This document shows, one piece after another, positions 1-12,391 of a stretch of DNA of 64,000 nucleotides. The stretch is taken from NCBI RefSeq assembly GCF_041956535.1, contig NW_027192204.1, positions 499,140 through 563,139 on the forward strand, written 5' to 3'. This DNA is from Calcarisporiella thermophila CBS 279.70. Lineage: Eukaryota; Fungi; Calcarisporiellomycota. The notes below the pieces were generated by a model, which did not search any database, was not told the DNA's origin, and saw nothing but the letters and a program-made list of their open reading frames with translations. Position 1 is the first letter of the stretch; every line of letters starts with the position of its first letter. The position numbers and the translations under genes were made by a program.

Positions 1-1772
1 CGCCATTTACCTCTTCATAGGCTTCGGAACCGGTGGAATCAAGTCCAACGTGTCCGTCTACGCCGCAGAGCAGGTTCCCAAGGACATCGTGAATCATGAG
101 AAAAAGGTGATCTACACCCAGGAAATGACGGTGGAGCGCATCTACCGGTATTTCTACTGGTGCATCAACATTGGCGCGCTGTTTGGACAGTGTAAGTGGA
201 CGCGGTCTTTCCGTCCTCTCCTTTTCCACCGAAAGATCCCCCCGTTTTAACCGTTCTTTTTAACCCGAACCAACAGTGGTGTGCCCCGTCATATCCCATA
301 CTCAGGTAATCGATTGCAGGATGCAGGGTGGGCCAAGTTCCCAAGACTAACAACCTGAGTTTTATTTTGCGGCCACTGTATAGGGCGAAAAAGGCTTCGT
401 ATACGCTTTCCTCATCCCTACTGTGTTTTTCGCCTTCGGAATTGTCGCATTTGTGTCGGGCAAATCAAGATACATCGTAAGTACCCAGAGCTTCGGAAGG
501 ATGTATGCTCCGCTTTGATAGAGGCTGACGCCTCTGCCTCTCTAGAACGCCCCACAGTACGGGTCCCCTCTAGGAAAGGCATTCCGATGCATTCGGTATG
601 CCGTCTCCCACCGATTCAAAAAAAAGGCTGGCGATGAAAGTGCACGTCCCGAGCCCAATATCAAGCGTGAGCATTGGCTGGACTATGCTAAATCGGACGT
701 GGAAGGAGAGCTAGAATGGAACAACCAGTATGTCGAAGATATGAAGCGGACCATTAAAGGTAGCCCCCACATCTCCCCCTCGCTTTAGTGTCATTCATCA
801 GAATGCTAATGAATCTGAATGAAGCTTGCAAGGTGTTCCTGTTTTTCATTATCTACTATGTCCTCTATTACAACGTAAGCTAGTTGGCTTTGAATTAGTT
901 CGATGCATGCCTGATCCTTAACTTTTTTTTTTCATCTCCCATAGATGTTTGACGCTGTGAGTATTCCCCCCAGCTAACTTGCTTATCTATCATCCCCCTT
1001 CTCCCCTCCACTCACTCCTTATCTGCCACGTTGATTAGTTCGTTACCATCGGAACCCACATGCAGAGGCCATCGTGGTTTGGGCCGGAGCAAATGAACGT
1101 GGTGGACAGTCTTGTCATTGTCGTGTTGATGCCCTTCTTTGATCTCTGGATCTATCCTTTCCTACGCAAAACATTTGGTTGGAAACTGGGCCCTATCCTT
1201 CGCTGCACCCTCGGCTTCGCGGTTATGACCTTGGCATTCATCTATCGTAAATGCGACTCATTCCCATGTTTGTTTATTTCGCATCTCCTAACCTCATGGT
1301 GGTTATGCTCTCTTCCCTATTAGTAACGATTTGGCAAAAGGTCTTGTACAGCACTGGCCCCTACTATGATTTCATGTCTATCGCGGATCCGCATGCTCGT
1401 GACCAGGCGGTGAACAACCTACCGGTCTGGGTTTTGGTGGTCGTGTACGCCCTGGTCGCGTTGAGCGAGATCTTCGCATCCTGTACCGGGCTCGAGCTTG
1501 CATACCGTGCCGCATCGGAAGAATTGAAGTAAGTCCTTGTTTCCGCCATAAGCAGCAAAAAAAACATATGCTAATTGTAACATGTCAGGTCGGTCGTGAT
1601 GTCCATCTTCCTCTTCATGAGCGCCCTGAGTAGTCTGATCGGCATGATCTTGGCCAACTGGACCCGCGATCCCGACTATCTCGGGTTGTTTATCTTCGAG
1701 ACCGCGGCCGTAGGGGTCACCACGATCGTATTTTATGTATTTTTCCGAAAATATGACGACGACTATGACTAG
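1..1772 (+). CDS. PTR2: POT/PTR family di/tripeptide transporter (5'-partial, multi-exon)
   Basis: Frame from nt 2 reads AIYLFIGFGTGGIKSNVSVYAAEQ (PTR GTGGIKxNV motif), then IYRYFYWCINIGA, and later SEIFASCTGLELAYRAASEELKSVVMS. GT-AG introns; stop TAG at 1770-1772. Confidence 0.9.
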
Positions 1773-2540
1773 TTATTCTATACTTGTGTCGGGAGAGGAG
1801 GGGGAGCTCTCCCTTTTAATTCGTTATATAATTGACCCTCCCCCCTCCTCTCTGCCTTATTTAATTTCCTTTTAATTCTCTTTTAACTGTACCATTACGG
1901 TAAATAAAAATAGTCGAATTGGCTTGATGCTAAAATCCATAGGTAGAGTGAGGAGAGGAAGTCTTGCGCTAGGGCTCGTGTGAAAGTTGTGTGCAAAGAG
2001 CAAAGCGAGATTTTATGGTTTTACTATCAGAATAATACAAGTAAACCTAAATCGAGTTGCCGAAGCTTGGGCTGATAGGGCATGGGGAAATGGCTGAGCA
2101 TTGATGAGTGGAACAGCTTATCCAAGGGGGCTTCTTGCAGTATACGCTGGTATAGGATACACAGCCAAGCTCTCAAAGTTATCTATCTACAATTCTGTAG
2201 AAGTCTTATGGTAAAGCTAGCCTCGCATGAAAAGCCTTTAAAGCATATTGGTGACTTGGGTGAAAAGAACGGGGATCGAGGATAGTCGAGGGGAATCTGG
2301 CCAAAGACTGCCCGCCTAGACTCTGCTGTTGGAAAAAATGAGTGTGTTTAAGATTTATATATCGGGCAGTAACGGACTTGACTGTCACATGCGGAGAAGA
2401 TAAAAGTGAAATCGATTGTATACAAAATAGATTTGCCAGTTGTGTTATTCTACTCGTTCGGTAGATCTACGCTAATTTTCCTCCCCACACAAAAGAGTGC
2501 TCAGCCATACTATACTTCCTCATCAACACCCACTGTAGCC

Positions 2541-3770
2541 ATGTCCGACAACCCAAGCCAGAAACGTAATTGGATCTTTTTTTATTCTTTTCGTACTGAA
2601 AACTGTACACTCACCCCCCGCTTACCTAGCCCTCCCATTCGTCTATCAGTTCCTGGCTGGTGCTATTGCCGGCGTGTCAGAGATCTTGGTCATGTATCCT
2701 CTCGATGGTAAGTGTCCCGTGGGAGCATGTGTACATTATCGGCTGTGCTAAGATTTGCAACCATGCTTAGTGGTTAAAACACGTTTCCAGCTGCAAGTGG
2801 GCACCGGAGGCAAGGATGGTTATTCCTCGATTACAGACTGCTTCCAGAAGATCATCAAGAGCGAAGGGTAAGTTCGGCTGGTGGGTCTCTCGGGGCATTG
2901 ACTCTTATTCTCTCTATCCTTCCCAGACCGGGGGCACTCTATCGCGGCATTCTTCCTCCTATCATGGTCGAGGCCCCGAAAAGAGCCACCAAATTTGCCG
3001 CCAACGAGCAGTATACCATCTTGTATAAGAGGCTCTTTGGTGTTGAGAAAATGAACCAGTCGCTCTCGATTTTGACAGGTATATCGGCTGGTTGTACCGA
3101 GGCAGTTATTATCGTGCCATTTGAGCTGGTTAAAATTCGATTACAGGATCGTGAGTCGGTATGTATATTCGTGGGCTTGCCGTTCATTAGTTCAAACATT
3201 TAATATGGCGTCTTTGTTCAGAAAGGAAAATACAACGGAACGTTTGACTGCATCAAGAAGGTGATGAAGAGTGAGGGTGGGTTTTTAATTCTCTGCTCTT
3301 CTCGTTATGTCTATTCAAGATTGATGATGCATCCCCTCTTTTTTTTTTTTCTTTTTCTAGGTCCTCTGGCCCTCTACAACGGACTTGAGGCTACTCTCTG
3401 GAGACATGCGGCCTGGAATGGAGGATATTTCGGTGTTATTTTCGGAGTGCGTGCGGCCCTCCCCAAGGCCGAATCTCACGAGGGCAAACTTTTCACTAAC
3501 TTTGTGGCCGGCACGATCGGTGGCACCGTCGGGACCATGATCAACACGCCGTTTGACGTGGTTAAAACACGCATCCAGAATTACAGCGGGCAGGGCGTAA
3601 GAAAATACAACTGGACCCTGCCATCGGTCGTGACCGTGTACCGCGAAGAGGGATTTCGTGCCCTCTACAAAGGCTTTGTTCCCAAGGTGTTAAGATTGGG
3701 GCCTGGAGGAGGAATTCTTCTGGTCGTTTTTGATTATGTGACAAACTTGATGCGCAAGCATCTTATGTAA
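2541..3770 (+). CDS. ODC1: Mitochondrial 2-oxodicarboxylate carrier (SLC25A21 family)
   Basis: Spliced MSDNPSQK-PLPFVYQFLAGAIAGVSEILVMYPLDVVKTRFQL; three PxDxxKxR-type carrier motifs; EAPKRATKFA, LWRHAAWNGGYFG, PKVLRLGPGGG. Confidence 0.92.
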
Positions 3771-4283
3771 ATGATCTCTTTGTCTTCTCCTTATCCCCTC
3801 CTATTCGCCCCGGTAAGAATCAGGAGCATGGCCTCTCTCTTCCCCCCACTATGTGTTGGTTTTAAATGGATAGATTGTTGTGGTTTTCCTTATCTTTTTG
3901 CTTTCGACGTATTTATGGGAGAAGTCAATACTTGCAGAATAATATTGATAAAAAAAGAGTGTCTTTTTTAACAACATAATAAAATAGAACGGGAAAATAG
4001 AAGCTATCAATAAGCCCATCATGAAAGAAAAAAATCATATACAAAATAGTTATAATTAGGAGGAATAGAGGGGGGGGGGGGAAGGGTGGATAGAAAAAGA
4101 AAAAAAAAGAATGGGCATGAGGATTTTGTAAATTCCCGGAGGGTAATGAAAGGCCAAAAAAAAAGGAAAATAGAAAAGAAAAAAAAAGAAACAATCAAAA
4201 AAATCATACACCACAAGAAATTGAAATAGCACGCATAACATAAAAATATCTAAAAAAAAAACTAGAAGTCGTTTTGTCTAAGT

Positions 4284-7200
4284 TCAGGCTTTGCCCATCT
4301 GCGAGAGTTGGATCACTAGATCCATGTTTTTATCCAGGAGCTGATTCAGCTCTTCCTCCAGCTCGGTGTTTCTTCGCTCGAGCTCGGCCAGCCTTGGGGT
4401 GTTCCCGCCCCGGACCGTTTCCAACTCCGCCCGAAGGCGCTCTGCCTCCTCACGATACCCGCGAGCCTCTTGTTCCATGGCTTTAATTTGAGCCGCGAAA
4501 CTCTGCCGGCGCCGCTCAAGCGTGTTCCGGAGGCGCTCCATCTCGATGCTCAGCTCGTTGAGCATCTCCGCATGCCGTGTTTTGACAACATGCATCTCGC
4601 GGTCATGCTCGGCAGCAAGTGCGTCGAGCTGTGCGCGGAGATCTCCGTCCTGCGATCGATCCCGCGACGAGTGGGCGAATGAGGCAGCGTCGTTCGCGAG
4701 TTCGAGCTCATTGCGCATCGCTTGGATCGAGCGGTCCCGTTCTTCGAGCTGGGCCGCCAACCGTTGATTCTCCTGACGGAGGGAGTTGTACTCTGCAGTT
4801 TGCGAGGCGATGGCCAGCTGCAGCTCGGCGGCTTCCTGGCGAGCTTTCACCGCCTCAGCTTCACGAGCCGTCATCTCTTTTTCCAGTTGCTCCAGCCTCT
4901 CTTCAGCTTTCATCGATCTCTCCTTTAGCTCACCAAGGCTGTCCAACTTCTTCTGCAGCTGATGCTGCTCTCCACGCATTTGCTCTTCCACTTGCGTCCT
5001 CTCTCGCCCAATACGCTCTGCTTCTGCACGGGATCTAGATAGCTCCTCTTCGAGCTCGGATATTTGCTCAAGTAGATGGCGACGCTCGCGTTCCGCCTCC
5101 GCGAGGGCGCGGTCAGATTCATTCTTGGCCGCGGCGACTTCCTTATCACGCTCCGACGTTGCCGACTCCAAATTTTCCCGCATTGCGAAAAGCTCATCCT
5201 CCAGCCTACGGTTTGCCTCTTCTACTTGGGAGATCTTCTCTTCAAACTCTTCTCTCTCCACATGCAAATTATCTAATGAAGCATTGAGTCGTTGGACCTC
5301 CTTGTCATACTCTTCCCGTGCCTGCTCCAGTTCCGACACGCGTGCTTCAGACTGTCGAAGAGCTGCATGTAGTTGCTGCAGTTTGCCCCCTGAAGAGGCC
5401 AGCTCTTCCTGGAGGCCGCGGATCACCTCATTCAGTTGTCTTTTCTCGACTAGAAGTTGGTCTTGAACTGATGTGTCTTCCAGGAGAGCGTTTAATCTTG
5501 CGACTTCTTCTTGGAGTTGCGTTATCTCGTCCGACTTCAACTCGAGCTCTTCCCGCATCTTTTTGACGACCAGTTCGTGTTCATCCTTCACCCGTTCCAA
5601 TTCCTCAACATGGGAGGCTTGCAGTTCTCGGTGCTTCTCAGAATGCTCAGCAACCTGGGCGTCAAGATCGCCCTTCTGCGCCTCGAATTCCTGCACCTTG
5701 CTCTTCCATTCGTCAAGAGCTTCGTCGTGCTCCTGTTTCATTCGAGCCATCGCGGCCTCGTGAGCACTGGACTGTTCCGAAATCCTCATTTGAAGTTCGC
5801 CGTACTCCGTTTTGAGTTGATCGAGGGCGGCTCTTTCCCTCTCGAGGTCAGAGGCGGCAGTCTGGTGACGAGAGCGGAGCTGTTCTAGGGTGTCGTCATG
5901 GTCCCGCATGAGCCGGGTCTTGTGCTCTTCATTCTCTTGAAGCCGTGTCTGCAGCGTTTCCAATTCCATCCGCAGCTGATCGATCTCCTCCAGCTTATCC
6001 TCCAACTTGTCATTGAGCTGTTGCTGTTTGTCCTCGTAGGTCCGGCGCAGGGCAGCAAGCTCATTCTCCGTTTCCGTCAACTGTTGCTCCAACCGCGTTT
6101 GGCTTTCCGAGTGGGTCTCCTGCATCCCGTTTAATCTCCGTTCCGCCTCCTCCAGATCCTCCTTCAATCTATTGATTTCTTCTTCCTGCATTATTTTCAG
6201 CTCATCCATGCCGCGATCCTTCTCCTCCATTTCGCGCTTGAATCTTGCCGCAGACGCATCACGCTCATGCTCCACTTGGGCTATTTCTCTTTCCTTCTCT
6301 TCAAGTTCATCTCTTAATCGGACCATGTTCCCGTGCGCTTCCTCCTTTTCCCTCTCAAGTTTGTCAATCATCTCTATATGCTCGAGTGAAATACGCTCGG
6401 CTTCTGCGATTGATCGCGCAAGGCGTTCATTTTCCGCCCTTGCTTCCCGCAGCTTCACCTCCACCTCGTTATAGGCCTCGTCGCCTCCTTGTCGCAACCG
6501 CTCAATTTCGGCAGCACGTTCCTCGAGCTGTTTTTGCATCTCCACAATCGTTCTCTCGGTTGCATTTTGCAAGTCTTTTAACGCAGTTTCAGCTCTATCT
6601 TTACGCCGAGTGATGGCTTCCAATTCCGTTTGTCGACGCGCAGTATAAGTAGCGAGAAGCTGGGAGAGCTGTTGATCGATGTTGTCGGAATCTGAAGAGA
6701 GATCGTGAGATTCATCACTCTCCAAGTTTTCTCGAAGCGTGTTTACTATCCGGCGGGTGAGTTCTCTCTGTTTCTCCAGAGCCAAATTCGCGTTTGCCGA
6801 AGAATGCTCGGCAGCCTGGAGATTTTCACGCAGTCTCTCTAGTTCTGCTGTGATTTCACTTCGAAGCTAATGAAGGAGGAGGGGGAGGAAGAGGAGAGGA
6901 AATGTGAACAAAAGCTACCCTAGCTATTTGCATATATGTGGTCTTACCTCTTCCCGAGCTCGTTCACTCAGCTCTTCAAATTGACGCTGCATTTGTTCCC
7001 CGCTTTGTTTCTGTAGCCTTTCCTGCAGCTCTCTTTTTTCTTGCTCAAACTGTTCTCTTAGCTCCTCTAATCTTGTGTCCTCTCTTTCTTCTTTGTCCTC
7101 ATTTTCCTTGATGCTCTCTTGCATTTTCCTTAATCGCCTCGTTAGCTGCTCATTTTCATCTTCTAATTCGTGTACCTTGGATTCGAGTGGCTGCACCGCT

Positions 7201-7892
7201 TTACGCAGAGTCTGTTCGCTCTCCTGAGTTAGCGTATCGACAAGCATCTCCAGGTCAAGCTCTGTTTTAACGTGTTCGGCGATTTCTTTGTTCTTGTGCT
7301 CGAGTTCCCGCTCGAGCTCAGCAATACGAGAGGTGAGCTTCGACACGTTTTGATCTGGCGGGGCTTCTTTCTCCTTAACCTCCTTCTGCTGGCCCGCTGG
7401 CGGTGCCATTGGCTCCTTCTGCGGAGTCATGGGTGATTCCTTCAGGAGCTTATTATCTTGATCTTTCGTTTGGAAACCATGCTCCTGCTTTTGCTGTCGG
7501 CTTTGAGGGGCCGGCAAATCCTTGTGATCGGGTGCATCGGAATGCATTCCATTGATTCCATTGGGCCCAGTCACCGGGCTGTTTGAACCCGAATTGGTGG
7601 TTGGATCCGTCACCACGTCATCCTCATCCTCATCTCGTTTATCTCCGTTCAGATATTCATCATCATACTCCTCGCCACTGCCCATGAAGTCGTCGTAGTT
7701 GTCATAGAAATCGTCGACATCGTAGCCCTCATCCCCTTCCTCCTCCGCAAAACCGGGGGCAAGCGATTGGCGTGCGACGGACTTACGCAGCGTAGAGCGA
7801 CGGGCAGTCATGGACCGGCGGGCAGCCATGGACCGACGCTGAGCAAGAGACATGCGAGTTGCTGTGGCGGTGCGTGGATCAGTTCCGGGCAT
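4284..7892 (-). CDS. Large coiled-coil protein of unknown function (2 exons, intron about 6868-6947)
   Basis: ORFs of 322 aa and 833 aa are joined by GAG|gtaaga...cattag|CTT. E/Q/L/R-rich heptad sequence over about 950 aa; N-terminus low-complexity and acidic. Confidence 0.8.
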
Positions 7893-8316
7893 TATGGGAT
7901 GGATAAAATATTAATCTATATAGGATTGGGTGGGTAGGCTCTCAATGAGGGAGAAAAAAGGGATGATGATAGAAGTGTAAGGCCTTTCCAGCAGCCATTC
8001 AAAAGCAATTGCAACTAGGAATGATTGGCAAGCAAAATGACGATGTTGAACCGAATTTAATGATGAATTTAAAAGATGGGAATGGATTACTTTAGAGTTT
8101 AAAGAGAAAAAGCCCACATAATACTATGGAAGCCGTGCAGTCGAACCGTCGCCCGTGTGCTCCCACCTCAACACTAAGAAATCATCAGAGATTTTCGGCC
8201 AATCATGTTAGCTTAATTTAATACATGCTAATTTTTTTTATTGTTATTTAGCTCGAAAGCTCGGTTCTTCAGCTCTGTGCTTTTAGACATTTCGGAAAGC
8301 GTGATAATCGGAAAAG

Positions 8317-9858
8317 ATGGATCAAGCTAAAGTGGTTACATGCACATCGCCCATCAATATTGCGGTTCGTACTTCGCTGTCATCGAGGTGATGCGGCATG
8401 ACCTAACGTCATCCCTTCCGGGGTGGTTTTTGCTTTTGGCATCTTAGGTCATCAAGTACTGGGGGAAGCGCGACACCGCCCTTATTCTTCCCACCAATTC
8501 CTCTCTCTCCGTCACGATCTCGCAAGATAACATCTCCACAAAAACAACAATTGCCGCCTCCCCATCCTTTACATCCGATCGCTTCTGGCTCAATGGTCGC
8601 GAGGAAGACATTAGCGCCAGCAAGCGCGTTCAGACCTGCCTGCGCGAAACACGCCGGCTGCGGCAAGAATTCGAGGCTGAGCATCCCGAGGCGCCCAAGC
8701 TCTCCACCTTTGGATTGCACATCTGCTCCGAGAACAACTTCCCCACCGCCGCTGGCCTAGCCTCCTCGGCTAGCGGGTATGCCTGCCTTGTGTTCACTTT
8801 GTCGCAGCTATTCGAGCTCCCTATTAGCCTGTCGGAATTGTCGAAAATCGCACGCCAGGGCTCAGGGTCGTCGTGTCGCTCGCTTTTCGGCGGGTTCGTT
8901 GCTTGGGAGGCTGGAGAAAAGTCGGATGGCTCGGACTCCATCGCCATCCAGGTGGCCCCCGAGTCCCATTGGCCAGAAATCGAGGCCCTTATTTGCGTGG
9001 TGAATGACGCGAGAAAGTCAACGTCATCGACTGCCGGGATGCAGCAGACGGTGGAGACGTCGTCCTTGCTCCGTCACAGAATTCCCGAAGTTCCCGAGCT
9101 GATGCAAAAGATGGAGAAGGCGATCCTGGAGAAGGACTTCGAGTCGTTTGCCGAGCTAACCNNNNNNNNNNNNNNNNNNNNNNNNNNNNNNNNNNNNNNN
9201 NNNNNNNNNNNNNNNNNNNNNNNNNNNNNNNNNNNNNNNNNNNNNNNNNNNNNNNNNNNNNNNNNNNNNNNNNNNNNNNNNNNNNNNNNNNNNNNNNNNN
9301 NNNNNNNNNNNNNNNNNNNNNNNNNNNNNNNNNNNNNNNNNNNNNNNNNNNNNNNNNNNNNNNNNNNNNNNNNNNNNNNNNNNNNNNNNNNNNNNNNNNN
9401 NNNNNNNNNNNNNNNNNNNNNNNNNNNNNNNNNNNNNNNNNNNNNNNNNNNNNNNNNNNNNNNNNNNNNTATCCCCTGTGTGCCTTGATACCTATCCTCC
9501 CATTACCTACCTCAACGATACCTCACGCGCCATCATCCGCGTCATCACCGAGTATAACAAAGCGTCCCCCGACGGATGCCGTGCTGCTTACACTTTCGAT
9601 GCCGGGCCAAATGCCGTCGTCTACTGCAGACGCGAGCATGCCGAGGAAGTTAAGGAGCTATTGAAACAGTATTTCCCAACCGTGGAGGGTGAGAGTGGCA
9701 AGGTGCCAGAGTTCTTGGATGAGAAGATCGCCTACCCACTCCCTGCTGGAAGCGTGAAGCGGATCATTCACACCCGCGTGGGCCCTGGCCCGCAGGTTAT
9801 TGCCGACCCCAGCGAGGGCTTACTGAATGCGCAAGGGTTGCCGAAACGAACCGTTTAG
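8317..9858 (+). CDS. MVD1: Diphosphomevalonate decarboxylase (interrupted by N-gap)
   Basis: MDQAKVVTCTSPINIA|VIKYWGKRD, NNFPTAAGLASSASG, ARQGSGSSCRSLFGG, AYTFDAGPNA. Confidence 0.95.
9162..9469. other. Assembly gap (N run)
   Basis: 308 consecutive N. Confidence 1.
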
Positions 9859-10208
9859 AATAGCTGTCTTTAATAGTCATAGAATCCTACCATGGCTAGT
9901 CAATGCATAGATGAGAGCTTTACAGTTTGTTTTTTTGCTAATTAGAATGAAATATTTTATGGTTAATCGTTGGGTGTGGAATAAATAATAAGGATCGAGG
10001 ACTAGAAGGTTCGGGCACGCTGCTCTCCAGCTACTTATCAAATGAAACTAACAACAGAAGTAGAGATAGAAATAATAATAATAGCGATATAACAATAAGT
10101 GTAGTATAAGATCTGGCAGCAGTCACAACAACAAGAGCAAGTAAAACACATCCTTTCGCTATATACATATACATATTCAATGCGATCATGCATTAACGAT
10201 AAATTATC

Positions 10209-11945
10209 TTAAAAACTCGTTCGCCTATGCTTTTGCAATAGGCCGGGCTCTTTCCCTCTCGACGCTTGGCTCTCCCCGAAAACAGCACTGGTTGTGACTT
10301 CGGGGGGCATCGATGCAGGGTGTGGGTGGGATGGAGGTTCTAAATTCAAAAATGAAAACACCGTGTCAGTTGAAAATGCTATATCAAATCAATTCGATTA
10401 CCACTCACGATGAAGCCCGTCCGGCGAGGAAGTAGGGTTCAACAGATGGCTGTTTCGTCCAAGGCTGAGAGAGTTGTTCCCTCCGGCGGGTATTTCGGGC
10501 GAAGATACGGAAGTACTTGGTAATGCAAAGTTGGGTGGCGAAGGGTCCAAACTCGACATGGGGGTTGGCAGATTATCAATCGGTTTCGATCCTGTCGTAT
10601 AAGAGTAGTTAGTTGCCCCATTGGACATCGCGTCGACCGGCTCTGGTGATACATAGCGGAGCACTAGAGGTTGAGGGTGCGGGGTTGGTAAAGCGGGAGG
10701 GGCCGACCATTCTGAAGTGATCGAGGGTCGTGGGGACTTGTCTGGGGTATAAGAGAAAGCGGAATGACGGGTTAGAAAAAAGGGACTCTCTTGGTCGCTA
10801 CTCCGATGTTGGTTCCCAATGAGGGCATGGCTGGCGGGTGCACGAGCGATGGATGTTTCCGGAGATGCAGTCGCACGCCTCTCATGGGCACTACTAGCTA
10901 AAGGACGCAGAGCTCCAGACGGCAATTGAGTTTCCATTTGCACAAGTTCTTGCTGCAATAATTTAGCTAGTTGGATTCAATCGTGAGGGTTGCTTTAAAG
11001 TGGTCAATAAGGGGGAGATACTAGCTACCTTCATCAACAAATTTCATCAAGCCGCTTGCTTTACTCACTTCCTCGAGCAGCTTCAGGGTTGCGGTGAGGA
11101 TTTGCTGCTGTTTTGAGTACATGGTCTGAATCGCTGTGTTTTCAGTCCACAGCCGGTCACACTTCCACACAGCCGCGGTAAGTTCGGATTTCAAGTCTGC
11201 CATCTGCCTCAGAACCTGTTCTTCCGCGGATTCTGCGCTTTCTGAACCCGCATTGCTGAAGCTCTTGCTCGGATTAATATTGGGCATAGTGGTTCCCGTG
11301 GAAGGGTGTCTGTAGAGGGGGGATGAGGATCTTGTCTTGCGCCGGATAAAGCGTAGCATGTCTGGACGCCCTCTCTGAAACTTTGGATGTTTAAATTCCC
11401 ATGTGTTTTCGGTGTTGGGGTTCGAATGGAATACGTCGTTGACCTTATGGAATCCGTACACTAAAAAAAGCATCGCCGATATTAAATTGTGAGTGAGCGT
11501 GCAAACAGCTAATATTGACCCACATATATATAAGTATGTATATTTTTATGCTTACTGTTCAGTTGCCGGACAAAGCTCTGCCAATTGTTATGTTTGAAAT
11601 ACTGTGGTAATATGGTCCGCGAGAACTCTGTAGGGTTGTGCACGCAAAAAATATCAACGCCTGACCAGGATATCAGTTTTCTATTCTTCTCATCTTCCAC
11701 CATACTGTAATGGTGTGTCAGCGGAGGTATAATGAATGAAAAGCGGCACCATTTCATTCCCATTACCTGTACAATTTATTAACAAACGTTGCTGGCGATC
11801 CTCCAGGAGGCCTTGATGGTGATGGATCACTGCTCATATCTTCATCAGCGTGCTGAGAAATATAATGGTAGGGCTGTAGGTGATGGGAGGAGACATTCCG
11901 GCGTATATGAAGGGGAGGTGAATCTCTATTCATTGCTTGATCCAT
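10209..11945 (-). CDS. HSF-type DNA-binding transcription factor (5 exons; no receiver domain seen)
   Basis: ATFVNKLY-SMVED...LISWS...[25 protein letters not shown]...WEFKHPKFQRGRPDMLRFIRRK, followed by a coiled coil and a Ser/Pro-rich tail. Last exon ends HRRTSF-stop. Confidence 0.88.
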
Positions 11946-12391
11946 TGCTGTTCAACTTTGTGGCGGTGCGAGGCGCCGGCGGAAAAAAACGACACGTTAG
12001 CGAGTCCCCGTCACGCTCTCCTTTGCTGATGTCAACCGCGGCCAATTCACTAGATCACTATAAATACCGACAATGATGGGGCGAAGCACCGAAAGAGATG
12101 GTACGCATGCAACGAATTTTCTTAGGATCGAAGCTCCATAGAAAGACTTAGGGAAAAAAGCGTTAAGAATGGAAAAATAGGAGGGCTTAAACTTTAAATG
12201 TTGCCCGAGAATTCGTGAAACACTATATTTGGGATGCGGTACACAAAGTGAGGATGAGCAAGTCCAATTTTGATTGCAGAGTTTTCTTAATTCCAGAAAC
12301 ATCATCGCGGTTTATTTCCATAGTACAAGGCAAATTCGCGCTTATTTCCCGTACCACCCACCCGGGCTCTGGCCCACGTACAAAATGGCGA

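Noticed and set aside
3925-4260. Phe/Lys-rich short ORFs in convergent intergenic regions (also 36916-37290)
   Set aside because: Poly-A/T 3' UTR and terminator sequence, not coding.
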